From: Raillietiella orientalis
Lineage: Eukaryota
Direction of reading: 5' to 3'
Assembly (NCBI GenBank): GCA_036172245.1
Contig: JAYWIR010000017.1
Coordinates: 2,666,001-2,730,000 of the forward strand
DNA: 64,000 bases
Below the pieces are notes generated by a model. That model saw nothing but the letters and a program-made list of their open reading frames with translations. It was not told where the DNA came from and did not search any database. Both the position numbers and the translations under genes were made by a program. Position 1 is the stretch's first letter. Each line of letters starts with the position of its first letter. Positions 15,001 through 28,800 of this stretch are shown here, one piece after another.

Positions 15001-16588
15001 ATTTCGACACCCTGTTAGATTTCTGTGTATGTATGTGATCGATCAGTCACATTGCAGCCACAGCTAACAAACATTCCTATTTCCATTAATTTGAGTTTTC
15101 CAACTCCGCAAGACAACTCTCATAGCAAAATTTTTTGAGCAAACAATTTAAAACAAACACACAAACGTAGAATAATTTACGGGTCACATATTGAATAGCA
15201 GTGAATAACGTAAATGCAACGAATTTTTGAATTTAGATATTTCGTCATTCAGACTGACTGACAAACACTTCATTTGCAAGGTCTCAGGAGTGGAGTATGT
15301 AGAATTTTAAATCTTAAGTTACTACCTCGAAAGGAAGGGAGTGGGGAATAGAAAAGGCTGACCATGTTCCTGACACGATCATTTTTTGTTCGACTCCCAA
15401 TGATGGATCACTGAACCATGTCACAGAAATCCCTGGATGGTTTCAAGCCCTGGAAATATTGGACTAGGTGCTAACGCTGCATTTGGAGTGCCTTAAAAGA
15501 TATATTGCCTTCAAATAAAAGAATCGAAATTCCATTTCACCCTTGTAACTCTGATATCTATCTAATAAATTTTTTTTACATATGGTCGAATTCCGCAGTA
15601 TTCCTGATTAATTTAATTTTACATAATATTGGGGGCAAAAGCGGAATCTAACCCTTCCATCTTGTGCCTCCACAGCCAGCAGTCCTCTTTCGTTTCAAAT
15701 GTCTCAAAACTGATTACAGCTGAAGAAAGTAGCTAAAAGAAAATATTTTGAATTCGAACAGTCATCAAGAGATTTTAGCAGTAGAATTCATGCACACATG
15801 CTAATCTGCTTTGGGAGCTCAAAAACGTATCTATCAGCTCGTTACTTCTGGCTGAGGAAAAGTTAGGCATTTAAGTGTTGCTTTTTGTCTACCGTGAAAT
15901 GAAACAGCGTGTGTGACACAATGGTCCAGAGCTTCGAAGAGCATCGTCTCCATTTCGAGTTGTCTTTCCTTTCATAGCCTATCAGTAGACCTTTATCAAC
16001 AAATTCATTTGAAGGAAAAAGTTAGGGAACAGCCTTGTGAAACCTTTGGTCTTAAACCGGAAACAAAGAAAATTCAGTAAGCAGTTGTCTTCAAACTGTC
16101 TAGTACTGGTCCATAACTGCTCTTCTCTTTGGGATAGCTTCACTCCCGAATGGAAAGTAATCCTTGTGCGGAACCAAAGGAAGGCCTGAAAAGATGCCTT
16201 CGCAAGCAAAGTGAGAGGGAAAGGCGTCAAGATCGTTTGAAAATCATTCAACGATAGTCCAGAGTCAACGAGCCGTCTCTTAATTTAGTTTCATCACACT
16301 CAATAAGCATCATTGCTGACGCCAGAATGTTTTGGAGTTGGGGATGGGCTAGTCTTGCTTTGTCCTTGAAGTGCAAACAGGATTCGGAAACGGAGTCAGA
16401 TACCTTCGATTTCGGCACATATAATTTGTTTTTTTAACGGACTGCTGCGATTGCGAGCGAGTTGTCATTGATGGATATAATGAGGGACATCCCCGGAACA
16501 AATGAGAAAGAAATACCAATAATCCAGGCAAGAAAACATTTAGCGGAGAGGCACAGAACAAAAGGACACCAGATCTTAAGGAGGTCAA
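1..16588 (-). CDS. Putative large multi-exon orphan gene (possibly more than one gene) encoding an S/P/R-rich, probably disordered protein; boundaries unresolved
   Basis: GC-rich, CpG-rich region with a chain of 70-270 aa minus-strand ORFs that change frame at GT..AG gaps. Minus-strand donors at about 143, 590, 4909, 5302, 5774 and 13363; pyrimidine-rich acceptors at about 1572, 5254 and 13535. No recognisable domain. Confidence 0.4.
2930..3620. repeat. AT-rich low-complexity block (degenerate TA/TATG/TACA microsatellite)
   Basis: Almost pure A/T with tatatata and tatgtatg runs, sharply bounded by GC-rich DNA on both sides. Confidence 0.8.
4530..6802 (-). CDS. Best-supported core of the orphan gene: consecutive exons joined by mini-introns
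   Basis: ORF 6371-5730 joins ORF 5763-5299 in phase 0 via a 56-nt intron 5774-5719 (AAG|gtggac...taccag|TGC). That ORF joins ORF 5351-4530 in phase 2 via a 49-nt intron 5302-5254 (AG|gtgacc...ttgcag|G). Intron sizes match those of the conserved neighbouring genes. Confidence 0.55.
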
Positions 16589-17756
16589 AATTCAATAAAT
16601 GATGTATGCTTCGAATACTATGATATGAAATACATGTCTTTGTTCTCTAGAAAAGTGATCTAAAAATGTTTTCTTGCGAGCCTGTTAGAACGTACGTGGA
16701 AAATCCTTCATCCACTCAAGAAAATTCATAGATTTCTCCAATAGCTAATAATTACTAGTGATCGCAATTGTCAATTTAGTCAATTTTTTGATTCAGTCAG
16801 ACAAAAAAATTTTCAAAACATCTTTTTCATTTTTGCTGGTGTTTATCCAAATGAAATATTATGGTGTACCTAGATATTTATTTGTGTTATATCACCTTTG
16901 TGATCATTTGCAGAGAATCCAAAGAAACTCTGGTGGATCCTCACATGCGTTTGATAATTTTTCCTAGCAAGTGCATTTCTTCATCAAATTGTAAACCTTT
17001 TTCTCATTACTATCTTGATTAATCACAGTATAAAATGCCAACAGATTTGACCCGTTTGCTTTGTTTTGCTTCCAAAACTGCTTTAAATTATCCCAAGATT
17101 TGTTGCACTCACTGACATTGGTGGACCAGTGGAGAATCATATGGTCTGCGTGCGAGTAATGCCGAACGGCAATACATAAAAATATTGCTAAAATATTGCA
17201 CCTATTGGCTTAGATATTACATCAAGAAACAAGAATTCTTCACGATAAATGCATTTTGACGAAACGAACCATTCAGATTCGAGTAGCCATCTGGTATTGA
17301 ATCGTTGCCAAGATTGCCAAGCTCGGAAATCAATTTACGTGCGCATGTAGCTGGGATTGAAATTTTTGGGGGGAAACAGGTCAGCAATGTTTGCCAAGTG
17401 CATGTGGATATTTGCTTTTTCAGATTTCGATATGAGGCACAAATTGATTTGTTTTTGTTTGCTCCAACAGGTTATGTTTTTTTGTGAGTGCTATGAATAG
17501 ACTGGATTGTCTGGATTATTTCGAGTGAGTTTTTGAAGATATCAATGCATTGAAACCAGTTACTGGAATTAAAGGAAGATTCATTTTTGAATTTCTTGGA
17601 AATATTTTGAAATAGTTCATCCGGTCTGGTAATTGTCTGTGTGACTTATTGTGACTTCAAAATGAAATCCAAGTAGACAGTCTTTAGTAGGAATCTTGAT
17701 ATTTTCCATTTGAATGTCTCATCTTGAAAACTAATTGTGAGCTCAAGTTTTAAACA

Positions 17757-20700
17757 ATGAGTGCAAGACCTAAACAAGCAAGCAAACTTGAAGGAGAAAT
17801 AGAAAGATTTCGTGAATCTGGAAACTGGAAAAAAATTTTGGAACTAACGGATCTTTTGGAAATTCGAGGAAATAGTAATGCCATTGTTTGCATTCCTTAT
17901 ATTTGCTTGATTACTTGAAGCATCTGCAGAGTTATTATGATTATTATTTTACAATCATGTTTCTTTATAGAGATATTGTGTCATTTCCTTCAAGGAGAAG
18001 CAAAATTAGAAGATGCATTAGAGGAGTATTCATTTACCATTACAAAGTTGGATGAATTAAAATGTGTGTTCCCATTCTCAGAGACTTTATCAGAAGCTAA
18101 GAAAATACTAGTACAAACTCTTACGGATAGTGGAGCAAAGGTTTTCCCCATTATGCTGTTTATCTTCTAAATATCTTATTTTCATTTTTAACATAATATA
18201 AGCAAAGCATTCTCCTTTAATGTGAAATTTTTCCTCTAACCGGAAATAGTAAAAAATGAAAGTCAATGTAAAGAATCCTGAGATTTTTTGCTTTTTTCAG
18301 ATTGGGGTGCATCTAGATGCCTTACTGTTAATTGGTAAAATTAGTTTTGTACTCGGACATGTTGAGGAAGCATCCCAGTTCTTTGAAAAGGCTGGTTTAG
18401 AAGACCTAACAAAATTTCATTTATCCTTAAGAAGTATGAAGATTATGTGTGAATCACTTGTTTTGCAAGGTATTTTTTCTCAGTGTAAATTGAATTGGTC
18501 ATTACATTCTAAATATGTTTATGAACTAATCTGAAATTACTGTCATCTTCATAGTTGGCATTTATAGTACTTAAGCACGATTATTGCGTGCTTAGTGATA
18601 TGAGCAAAATAGTTGATTATGGTTGATTCTTTTGAAGTTGTCCAAATTATGTAATGTTTTTGTTGGTAGGTTTATGTTTGGAAAAGATGGCTGCATCAGC
18701 CTGCAATGGAAGTATTCATGAGAAACTGCAGAAAAGGATGGAAAATTGTTTTGAAAAGGCTGGAGAGCTAAGTCTACTATATTTCCAAGAATTGGAAAAA
18801 ATGATACATAATTGTACTCAGTTATCCAGCCCAAACACATGTAATTTTATCATGCACAAGAAACAATTTTGCTTTCAGTTGTTTCACAGAATTGTCTGGG
18901 AAACAAAGAATTATTTAATTCTTTGATGGAGACTGGAATTCATAAACTACCATTAGTATATCTTTCTAAAGGCAATATGGCTGCTTCAGTACAGTGTTAT
19001 CGTTCCCTGTTGGCTGCTGTGGAAACTGAGTTCACACAACATTCCCGTTTTATTTTAGCAAGGCAATTAGCTGAAGTTTTATTGCGTGGAATGTGTCCAA
19101 TTGACTACTTTCCACCACATTTGCGTGGTTTGTGTTCACCTAAAGCTATATGGCAAGATTGTTCCTCCAGGCAGCTTGGAAATGACAAAAACGGGAAGTT
19201 TGGAATCAAAACCCAAAGTTTATTCAAGTGTGGAAATGTTTGTACCACAAGTGTTGGAGGAAGAAATCCTTCTATTACTACTTATCAGGCAAATGTCTTA
19301 TAACTTATAAATATTTTTCTGAATTTTTAAAATCATTTGTTTGTTTTTTTTAATAGTGAGGCAAAGGCTGTCCATGAGGCAGTGCTTAGTCAGTCTCCTG
19401 AGCATAGAATTGCTCGTCAGAAAAGTTGCTCTAATGCTGCAGTGGTGTTTGATCTGATGACTTTGGTCTTAGTTCGCAATCAACAGTTTAATCATTTAAC
19501 CACAGTAAGCTAACTAGAAATCTATGCCTATCAATCCAGCTGCCTATTAGTCTTTAGATCGTGCATTGAAATTCAGCTTTGAAGAGCCTCATATTTGGCA
19601 GCAGTTAGCTCTGTCTCTGGTTGCTTCAGAACAATATAGTCGAGCCATATACATCACTGAAGAAGCATTTCGCCTTAATCCTAGCAATCATTTCTTATGT
19701 TTGCTTGCAGCTCGTATTTGTTATGAACATCTTAAAGATGTGAATAGAGGTTTAAAATGGTGTCATCGCGCATTAGAATCCAAAGCTGCTAGAGGACCAG
19801 TTCATATCTTACTGGGAATTGGGTATTTGTTGAAATGGAGAGAAACCACCCTCCAGGAGGAGAAGGAGTGTTTTTTTCAGGATGCACGGTGTGCATTTGC
19901 AAAGTAAGTCAGAGTTTTCAGAGATAAGGAATTGTTTAGAGCCCAAGCCATGGATCCTGGTGATCACCTGGCAGCATACTACTTGGGTTTAATTTCTGCT
20001 CTGGAAAGAGACATTGATGAAGCTGTTAAATATGTAGCATTTGCTTTGGAAATGCAACCTGAGCATTTGCCATCATTGTATCTTTTGGCTGTTCTGCTGA
20101 GTGCACAGCAGCGTCATGAAGAGAGCTTAGTGCTTGTAGAAGCTAGTTTAGATGAATATCCTGAGGATTTGTCTTTGTGGTACTTGAAGGTGCTTCTTCA
20201 AGAACATGTTAGCAGTGTAGAGCATGCACTTATCACAGCATGTCATATGCTGTCTATTTGGCGATTCCAATTTGAGGATCAAATTCAGAACTGGCATCAA
20301 CATGGTGCAGCCTTTAATTACTTATGCTCAGATGCATCAGATCCAGAAACGGGGGACTCTGTAGCAATGTCTCGGGTTGAGCAGACCCTTTCAGAAGTAG
20401 CCTCCAGTCTATCAGGATACCAGCAACGCTGTGGACCCAAAGCTGTATGGCAATTACAGATTTCTATCTGGTTGCTGTTAGCAGATCTTTATTTAAAATT
20501 GCATCAGATTCCTGAGGCACTAGCATGTGTACAAGAAGCATCTCATATATTTCCTCTTTCTCATCATGTGATGTATATGAAAGGATTACTGCACATGAAG
20601 CAGCAAGAATTTGCTGAAGCCAAAGCTTGTTTTGAAAACACATTATCCATCAATCCTCAACATATTATGAGTTTGCAAAACTTGGTATGATATTGCTCCT

Positions 20701-20996
20701 CAGCTTCTTTATGAATGCTCACTTATAGGGACTCATCTACCTATACATGAACAGCTTGCAGCTTGCTGAGTACTCTTTAAGAGAGGCTATCAAACTTGAT
20801 GCCCAGGATTACAAATCTTGGTTAGTCACTCTGTTTGGTTTACATTTTCATTGTACTTCATAGGCATATTTTGGGGCAAATTTTGACTCAGCAAGGTGAG
20901 CACTGCAAAGCTAGTGATTGTCTGATGACTGCTGTTGTTTTTGAATCATCTAGTTCAGTTGTCCCTTTTATAACAATTCCAGTTGCATTTGATTGA
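17757..20996 (+). CDS. TTC7: Tetratricopeptide repeat protein 7 (TTC7A/B-like, PI4KIIIalpha scaffold); 11 coding exons
   Basis: Exons 17757-17874, 17971-18140, 18301-18469, 18670-18840, 18879-19127, 19171-19288, 19357-19504, 19551-19903, 19940-20684, 20729-20820, 20864-20996. Family motifs: KLEGEIERFRESGNWKK, EEILLLLLISEA..EAVLSQSPE, LDRALKFSFEEPHIWQQLALSL, SRVEQTLSEVASSL, C-terminal TPRs ending VVPFITIP. Confidence 0.93.
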
Positions 20997-21397
20997 GGAT
21001 GCTGAAAAAATTAGCATAGTGATGTGTTTAATGGTAAGTCTTGCTTATTGACTTTTTTTGTTCTGCATTATATCATTTTCAGTAATGGTTGTTGTCTTCC
21101 ATTCTTGCAGATTCCTGTTTATTCAGTTACATATCTTGGTTGAAACTGTTTTGCAAGTAGCAGATTGCAAAGAGAACTGTAATTCCCCAACATTACACAG
21201 TGAATGGATGTTGCAGACAGTTATAATTTTATCTGTGGAATATGCTTAAAATTTGAAGTGATTTTATCGGAAATTATATTATTATCGTATGCCACCTTAT
21301 TATACGTCCATCACATTTTTTAAACAAATATTTTTGTATTCATATTTTTGCACAGGCATCCAGGATTTTTAAACAATTCTTGAAAGCGAGGTGTTTC

Positions 21398-21403
21398 AAT
21401 AAA
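21398..21403 (+). terminator. Candidate poly(A) signal for TTC7
   Basis: AATAAA about 400 nt after the stop codon, followed by T-rich sequence. Confidence 0.4.
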
Positions 21404-22817
21404 CATTTATTTCTTTGATCATTTTCTACTGGTAACAATAAATAATGGCATATTAGACGGTAAAATATCTAAACACTCCGAAGATTCAGTTTCTCTGGAA
21501 ACTCTTCTTGCACCAGGCTTGCATTGCTATCCCTTTTCACATGAAAAATGTGCCATCGTTTTGGAACATCTCATTCTCTTATTTTTCTACTTAAATCTGA
21601 GGTATTTTTTGCTCTGGAGTTCGGGAACATGTTCACAACTTAAATGCAAGCACTGTACTATATCAGTTCAAAATCAATTCCGTTAAGGCTCAGAAGTACG
21701 CCTTTCAGTGACTTCAACCATGGAATTTGCAATTTAATGTATAACATAAACAGTAGCGCCGAGTAAACGGCACCCTATTTAAAGTTTGGTATTTTGTTGC
21801 TGATATATTGTAACTTTAGGTCATTTTTTAATATATTTTACATGTAAGGCGCAAAAATGTACCCACACAAGCTCTTGTACGACCCATTTCCAAATGTCTT
21901 TGTTATGTGTATCTCATACTATTGTGCTGATTTTAATAAAATCTGCTTGCTAAAGGAGATTTCTTGAAAAGCTTGGAATGCAGTTGAATCAGAAAGCTCA
22001 ATCATTTGCTTTCAACTTTGCATCATTCACTGCAGCAACTCTTCAAAGACTTTAAAGCTCTTATATTGTTATATTTTTCATTTCCAGTTTCATTTCTCAA
22101 CGTTTATCTTTTGAATTTTTCCCTGAAAAAGTAACTTAAAATTAGATCTAACATTCCATTCGAATATTCCTTTAGTCTTTTTTGATCTTCAAAAGAAGAC
22201 ATTGTGATGGCCAATACTCTTGAAAAGACTTTGTGAATGTGACTAAACAGCAATCAAGATCACAAACTTTCTGGGATCACTTTCAACGATTTTCATCTTC
22301 CTGTAGCCTCAAGAGTCATCCATTTCATAGATAAAATAGCTTTTTCACATAAGTTTAAGTGCATTAATTGATTATTATATGAAAAGTCTCTGATATCTTT
22401 TGGATATATCAAAGAGACTTTGGCATAGAATTATTTTGGGTATAGAGTTATATTTACAGGCATGCTCCATAATTAATAAATAAGGGATAGGCATCGTAGT
22501 AATTGGAATGTAATGAAAACATAATTTCGAAGAAGTTTTTCGTTGCACACGTATATTTGATAGTGTACAACTTTGTTCGTATAAATAATAGAAAGTTTTC
22601 CTGGACTATTCTGATCTTGGTCCCTAAACTGACTTATCTAGCAGTTGAATCTGGCAGCACTGAAATAGAATAAATTGCTAAGTTGCTTAGAGATTTCCAA
22701 ATGATGCCTTAGTATTGTTGCGTCATGATTGTTTCCTGTTTGCTTGCCCAATCACAACTGGCCGTATGTAAATAAAACTCACCATGAATGGGGTTCGCTT
22801 GCATCTATTGAGCTGTC

Positions 22818-25800
22818 ATGTCAGGAAATATTGACCTTAATGGTAATGAGAGCTGTGTTGCTCATACAATGGCATGTTCCCAGCCGGAAAAATTAAAACC
22901 ACGAGACTACCAAGTAAGTAGATTGGCAACGTTTAACACATTTTTGTTCGTGCAAGGTGCATTGCTTCTGTACATTGCTTTCTTACATAGACTTGCATAA
23001 TGCCCTCTTAAGGGTGATAGGTTATTATTAATTGTGTAATGTATAATTCTTATTTGAAAACACGGATAGTTTTTGGGAAAGTATTTCCTCAACCACTTTG
23101 TGTATTATCCAAAGTCATTGTCTTTTATGATCTCATTGATCGTTTGAGGTTATTGGAATAGGAGCACACTTGAAATTCAAATTTTTGATCAGATACCTAG
23201 AAGTTTATTATTGACAGAACTATAGAATCTTATCACTGGATATGAATGCAAAGCAAATCAGACAATGCTGATGTAAGTGTGTTTGAAAAAATTTGATGTA
23301 ATGATGAAAAATAATGTGAAAAAAGTACATATTGAGCTTGGATGATTTTTCAAGGAAATCTTGTGGAGGTTAATTTGTGGGTTAGTGATTAGTTGAGCCA
23401 TTCCTCTGGTAAAGAGGTGGATGCAGCTCAGTAAGACTGTGGATGTAAAAGAGATAAAGTGATCAGTTGAGAGGAACATTAGTGGGGAAAATTCATATCA
23501 TGTGGGTTATGTGATTATGGCTTTAGACAAAATGCATGTTGATAACTGGTGGCTCAGAAGGTTACTTGATCTCTAGTTGATGTGAAGGAGAATCTTGTTA
23601 AGGGAATAAGTTAAAGCATACTAGGATAGCCGAATCGAACATTTTGTGGACAAATAGAAGATTGGAAAAATGTTCAAAGAATGTGAAGGTAGCATGAGGG
23701 CAAAAATGGTATGATGGCGTGTGTTGTGTTCATGATGTGCATTAGATTGGTGAATGAAGAGACTTATCTAATAAGATAAAATTAAGTCACATACATTGTA
23801 TCTCCATAGAGAGCGAATGTGTTTGGTTAATCCAGTAAGGAATGAAATTGCAAACTATGTTGTGGATATGGGTGGATATGTTTATAAAATCAGGAAAATG
23901 AGTTCATGGAGAAAGTCATTTGAATATTATCTTTTCTCAAATGAAATATGAAAAAGAATTCCTTAATGTTTTGATTACCACTTTAGTAAAAAAAAAAAAT
24001 TTTCAAAATAGTTTTCCAATTCCCAATTCTTTTAACGAAAAAGACAAATTACAAAACATTGAGTTGCAAAATTTTTGCTTTCTATTTACATGAATTTTAT
24101 GGAATGAAAAGTAAAATGAAAAGTAAATTTCAGGTTGAATTACTGGAAAAAGCCATCAAGAAAAATACAGTTTTATTCGTTCCTACAGGAAGTGGTAAAA
24201 CATTTGTAGCTGTCATGCTATTGAAGGAACATGCTTACCATATTAGAAAGTAAGTGAATTCATCATTAAATGAAAACTAATTCTTCCAGAAGAAATAAAG
24301 CATTTGAGGATAGAAAGTGGGGCATATTCTTAGCAAATACAGTTCCTCTGGTCTTACAACAGTTTTCTTACATTAAAAAGCACACTGATCTGGAGGTTTC
24401 TAGCTATGTTGGTTATCAGCTGGTCGATGCTTGGACAGAACGTAGATGGCATGAAGAGTTTTTGAAGACAGAGGTGTATCTTAGATTAACAACAAAGTGG
24501 AATTATTTTGTGACTGGATTTTAGGTTATGGTGATGTGTGCTGACATCTTTCTTATGCTTTTGGACCATGGATTTTTTAGTGTTCATAAAGTGAGCGTCT
24601 GTATTTTTGATGAAGCTCATCGAGCAGTTTCAAATCATGCGTATAGAAAGGTTTGCAAAATTGCATTTCGATTTTGTTAACAGGAACAAAACTGACAACA
24701 TCCTAAGTATCTCTAGCACAAGCAAAAATTGGTTTTCACTCCCAATTTCAACATGATGCATGTTTTCTTCAGAGTATCTTTCAACTCATTAGTTCATTAC
24801 AGTGCAGTTGTTGTAGTAATTTAGCAACTTTTTATTTATTACTGTGTAACATTGTTGAGCTTTTAAAAACTAAAATATGAATAATGAAGATTAAAGCAAA
24901 ATGAAATGTATGATTTTTGCACTTTTAACCAAACTTGTTTTCGATTCAATTCAAGAAAAATCCCACTGTGAAAATTAGTTTTCACTTTTGATTATAGTCG
25001 TAAGCATGATTCAGATTTTCAGCAAGTCCAGATGTATTGTCTCATTTTAGTTTGCATAGCATTTACGTTTGCATCCAAAAATAATTATTTTTTTGTCATG
25101 AATTGATCAGTAATTTTAGGAGAATAGGGGACTGAAAAACGAGCTAAATCACATTTATGTTTACTTGATATGTTTGAAGTTCATTTAAGTTCACTAATGG
25201 AGTTCACATGAACTTCAAATAATATTCGATTGATTTGTTTGCTTCATGCATTCAGAACTTGCACTAGATAACATTGTGTAATTTCTTAATTATGCAACTC
25301 TGGAACATTTAACTGTTAAGGTAAGAAGGATTATGTAGAAACACATCATTGGCCAAGCAACTGAAAGATATTTTGTGTTAGCTAATTATCCCATTTGCAA
25401 ATGCACTTCTGTGCTCTTAATTTCAGATTTGAGGCACTACAAAACGCTTATTGAATTGTAAACCTTTAGTTTTCATTTGTCATTGACTCATTGATTTAGT
25501 TTTAAGCCTTTTTCTATTTGTTAACAGAGTTCCTTATTTTATTGTGCACAGTATATTACTGTTGCCGTTTTTCAGTTAGTGCTTTTTGCCACATTTTCAA
25601 AATGTGGGTTTTAGTCTGCTATCATGTTTGTTTTACAACCAGGAGTGTGTGTGTGTGTGTGTGTGTGTTTTTCCATTTCAGCAAAATGCAGACAACACAG
25701 GTAAAATAAATAATAAATAAATTAGATTATCAAATTACAAACTTGTCTCACAGAATAAAGCATTGCAATACACAGTAAAACTTGGAGTAATTCTATGAGA

Positions 25801-28800
25801 TGCTATTAGATATGCTTTTTAACTTCGTTTGGTTTTAGTTTTTAAATCTTTTGTGGAAAAGTTGGTAAATACTTGCTCGTATATTTAGATTATGAGGCAC
25901 TTCTCTAACTACATGGCTTCAGGTCCCAAGAGTGAGAATGAATTCCCCAGAATACTTGGTCTGACAGCATCTGTACTAAATAATAAGCAAAGTCATCACA
26001 CTGTTTTGAAACGTATTTCAGACTTAGAAAAAACTTTGATGTCTTCTGTTGAATCACCAACTGATCTTTTGTCAGTAGACAGGTTAATTAAAAGAATTTC
26101 ACTTGTATTTTTTGCTTAAATTCATATTTTATAGGATTGCACGTAGAGCAGACGAAGTACTCGTTATCTGTTCAAATTCCCCTGCATTAGATAAGCAGCC
26201 CGAAATAGCCTCAATATTGTCAAAGTCACTTTTGATTTTGCTTGATTCGATTAAGGAATTGAAAAGTAGTTGTACAGTTGACAATGCATTCCATGATTAT
26301 GTACGTAGTCCCATGTCTGAGTTGAGAGAGAAAGTGCTGCATGTGCATTGGTCACTTGTCAATCTTGGTTAGTGGGGGGGGGGGGGGGGACATGTTTTTG
26401 AAATTGAATTATCCAGGGCTCTGGTTCGGATGGAAACATTTGCAACTGATTGTTAAAGAAGCAGATCATATTACTGCAACAATGAGTGCATCGGAAAATA
26501 CAGCATCGGTACTTGCCTATGAAGGAATACTAAAAACTGTGACTTTCATAAGGTAAAAAGAAGCCTTCAAGCATCATTTTGTAAGCTTTGTTAGGGAGAA
26601 AATAGATGCAGTGTTCCAAGAAGTACCAGTAAAAAAGCAATTGCAATTCGTAGTGCCTAAGGTATTAAGGCTGTTGGAAATTTTCAACTTGTATGAACCA
26701 ACTGTGGACTGTTTTGAAAGCGATTTGGATGAACCTCTAAAAGGGATCGTTTTTGTGGAACGACGTAGTACAGCGAGACTGCTATGGGAGTATTTGCAGG
26801 TTTTTAGAATTTTATCTTAACTATTGAACATTGTTTAACAGCACCTAGTAGCTTCTGAATACAAGTACGATTACATTAAGCCTGGGTATGTTGTGGGTTC
26901 AAGCTATGCCTTTAGGTCCAGTTCTGCAGAAGAGACTTCTTATAGCAAATTGCAAACAATTGCATTGGAAAGGTAAACTGCAATGATCATAATGTATGAA
27001 AACCATGTATCTGTAGATTTCGCAATAATCAGTACAACCTGTTAATAGCAACAAGTGTTTTGGAAGAGGGCATAGATGTCCCTCTGTGCAATTTAGTTAT
27101 ACGATTTGATTTCCCCAGCACCTTTCGTGCTTATGTTCAGTCAAGGGGTCGTGCGAGAGCTCGAATATCCATGTATATGATTTTGTGTACGCATGAAGAG
27201 TCTGAACGAGCTATTAAGGAAATTGATGTGTTCTTACGTACTGAAAAGGTTAGAGTTTCTCCTGGACGAAGTCCATGCTCCCTTAGGTACTCCTGGATGT
27301 TTGCAGGAGTCGTATTCCACCTTTAGAAGAGGAATTTTCCGATTCTTTTGATATGGAACTACCTCCTTACAAGCCCACACCCAGTTCCAATTCTTGGATC
27401 ACTCTGTATTCTGCCATTGGCATTGTGCATTGGTAAGATGGTAGTTTAACAAGATCTGTATGTTATTGCTTGGCAGGTATGTTTCTAAACTTAAGGTTGA
27501 CAAGTTTACTAAAGCATCAGCTGTTTGGCGAATTCGGGAAGTAAATGAAAATGAAAACCTTGAGAATCTCGATCACTTCAGGGACTTTGAATATTTGGAT
27601 GAAGTTCGCAAAAATAATGATTCTGGTCCAAGAATGTATTTGTGTATAGTTAGACTGCCATTAATAGCAGCTGTGAAGCATTGGGTTATGGTAAGTGTTT
27701 TTTCATGTTTCCATATTAATCATGCAAAATAAGGGGAAGCCTCAGCCCTCCAAATGGCTGGCAAAACGTTCAGCTGCTCTTCATATGTGCGAACTCCTAC
27801 ATAAAGCTGGAGCATTGGATGATTCTCATTTGCTTCCATTGAGTGAGAAAAAAGAAATCCTACAAGATATTACATCCTTTGGGACAAACAAGAAGAGATA
27901 TACTGCTTATCGCAAGCAAGTACTGGATATGTCGGTTGATGCGTTGTTATAATAACTTGGTGTTCCACCAGGTAGCATCCTCATTACTTGTAGGCATTCC
28001 TGTCAGAGATACACAGGCATTCCTGTACCCAATCATGGTAACAACAGTTAAGTTGAGAGAAGGAGCACCTTATAAAACTCGAGATTTAGCTAAGTCGCCC
28101 ATACAGCTGGCACTTTTGACAACTTGTGTCATACCTCAGGTTGGTTCAGCATAGTCATATCTCATTTGCTGGTTAGGTTCCACCATTTTCTTTGTTTACT
28201 AGAAATGGAGAAGTAGAAGTTATGTTAGCTGAAAGCCTTCCTATGTCGAACGTTGATTATCTGGATGATTTGATTGCTTTCCATGTGTATACTTTACAAA
28301 CAGTACTGCGCATTCCTCAGTCGTGTCCTATCGATTTCACAGTTTCAGGTTCTGGAATTTTAATTATTCCCATATGTTCAGGTAGGCTTTCATCTAAAAG
28401 GGTCAAAAAACCCTATTCTGTGACACAGATAATCAGCAGATTCATTGGAATCTTGTTAAGTTTATATTGGAAAACAAGGATAAGGAATTGTTTACCTTTG
28501 CAAATGATGAACAACGCCAGGAGTTTCAATTTGATGCTTCCTCTTATAGAGATGCTATAATTTGCTCATGGCATAATCCTGAAATGCATCAAGTAACTGT
28601 GCTTGGCTGTGTTAATAACACCTTTTTTCCAGCTTTATTACGTAGATGACATAAATTTTTCTCTCAATCCTAACAGTCCTTTCTCCACTTCGGAGTTTAT
28701 TAGTTTTTCTGCTTACTACAAGACCAAATATAAGGTCTGCATTCAAAATCAGCAGCAGCCATTACTTCAGGCAGTACATGTGTCCCATCGCCTGAACTTC

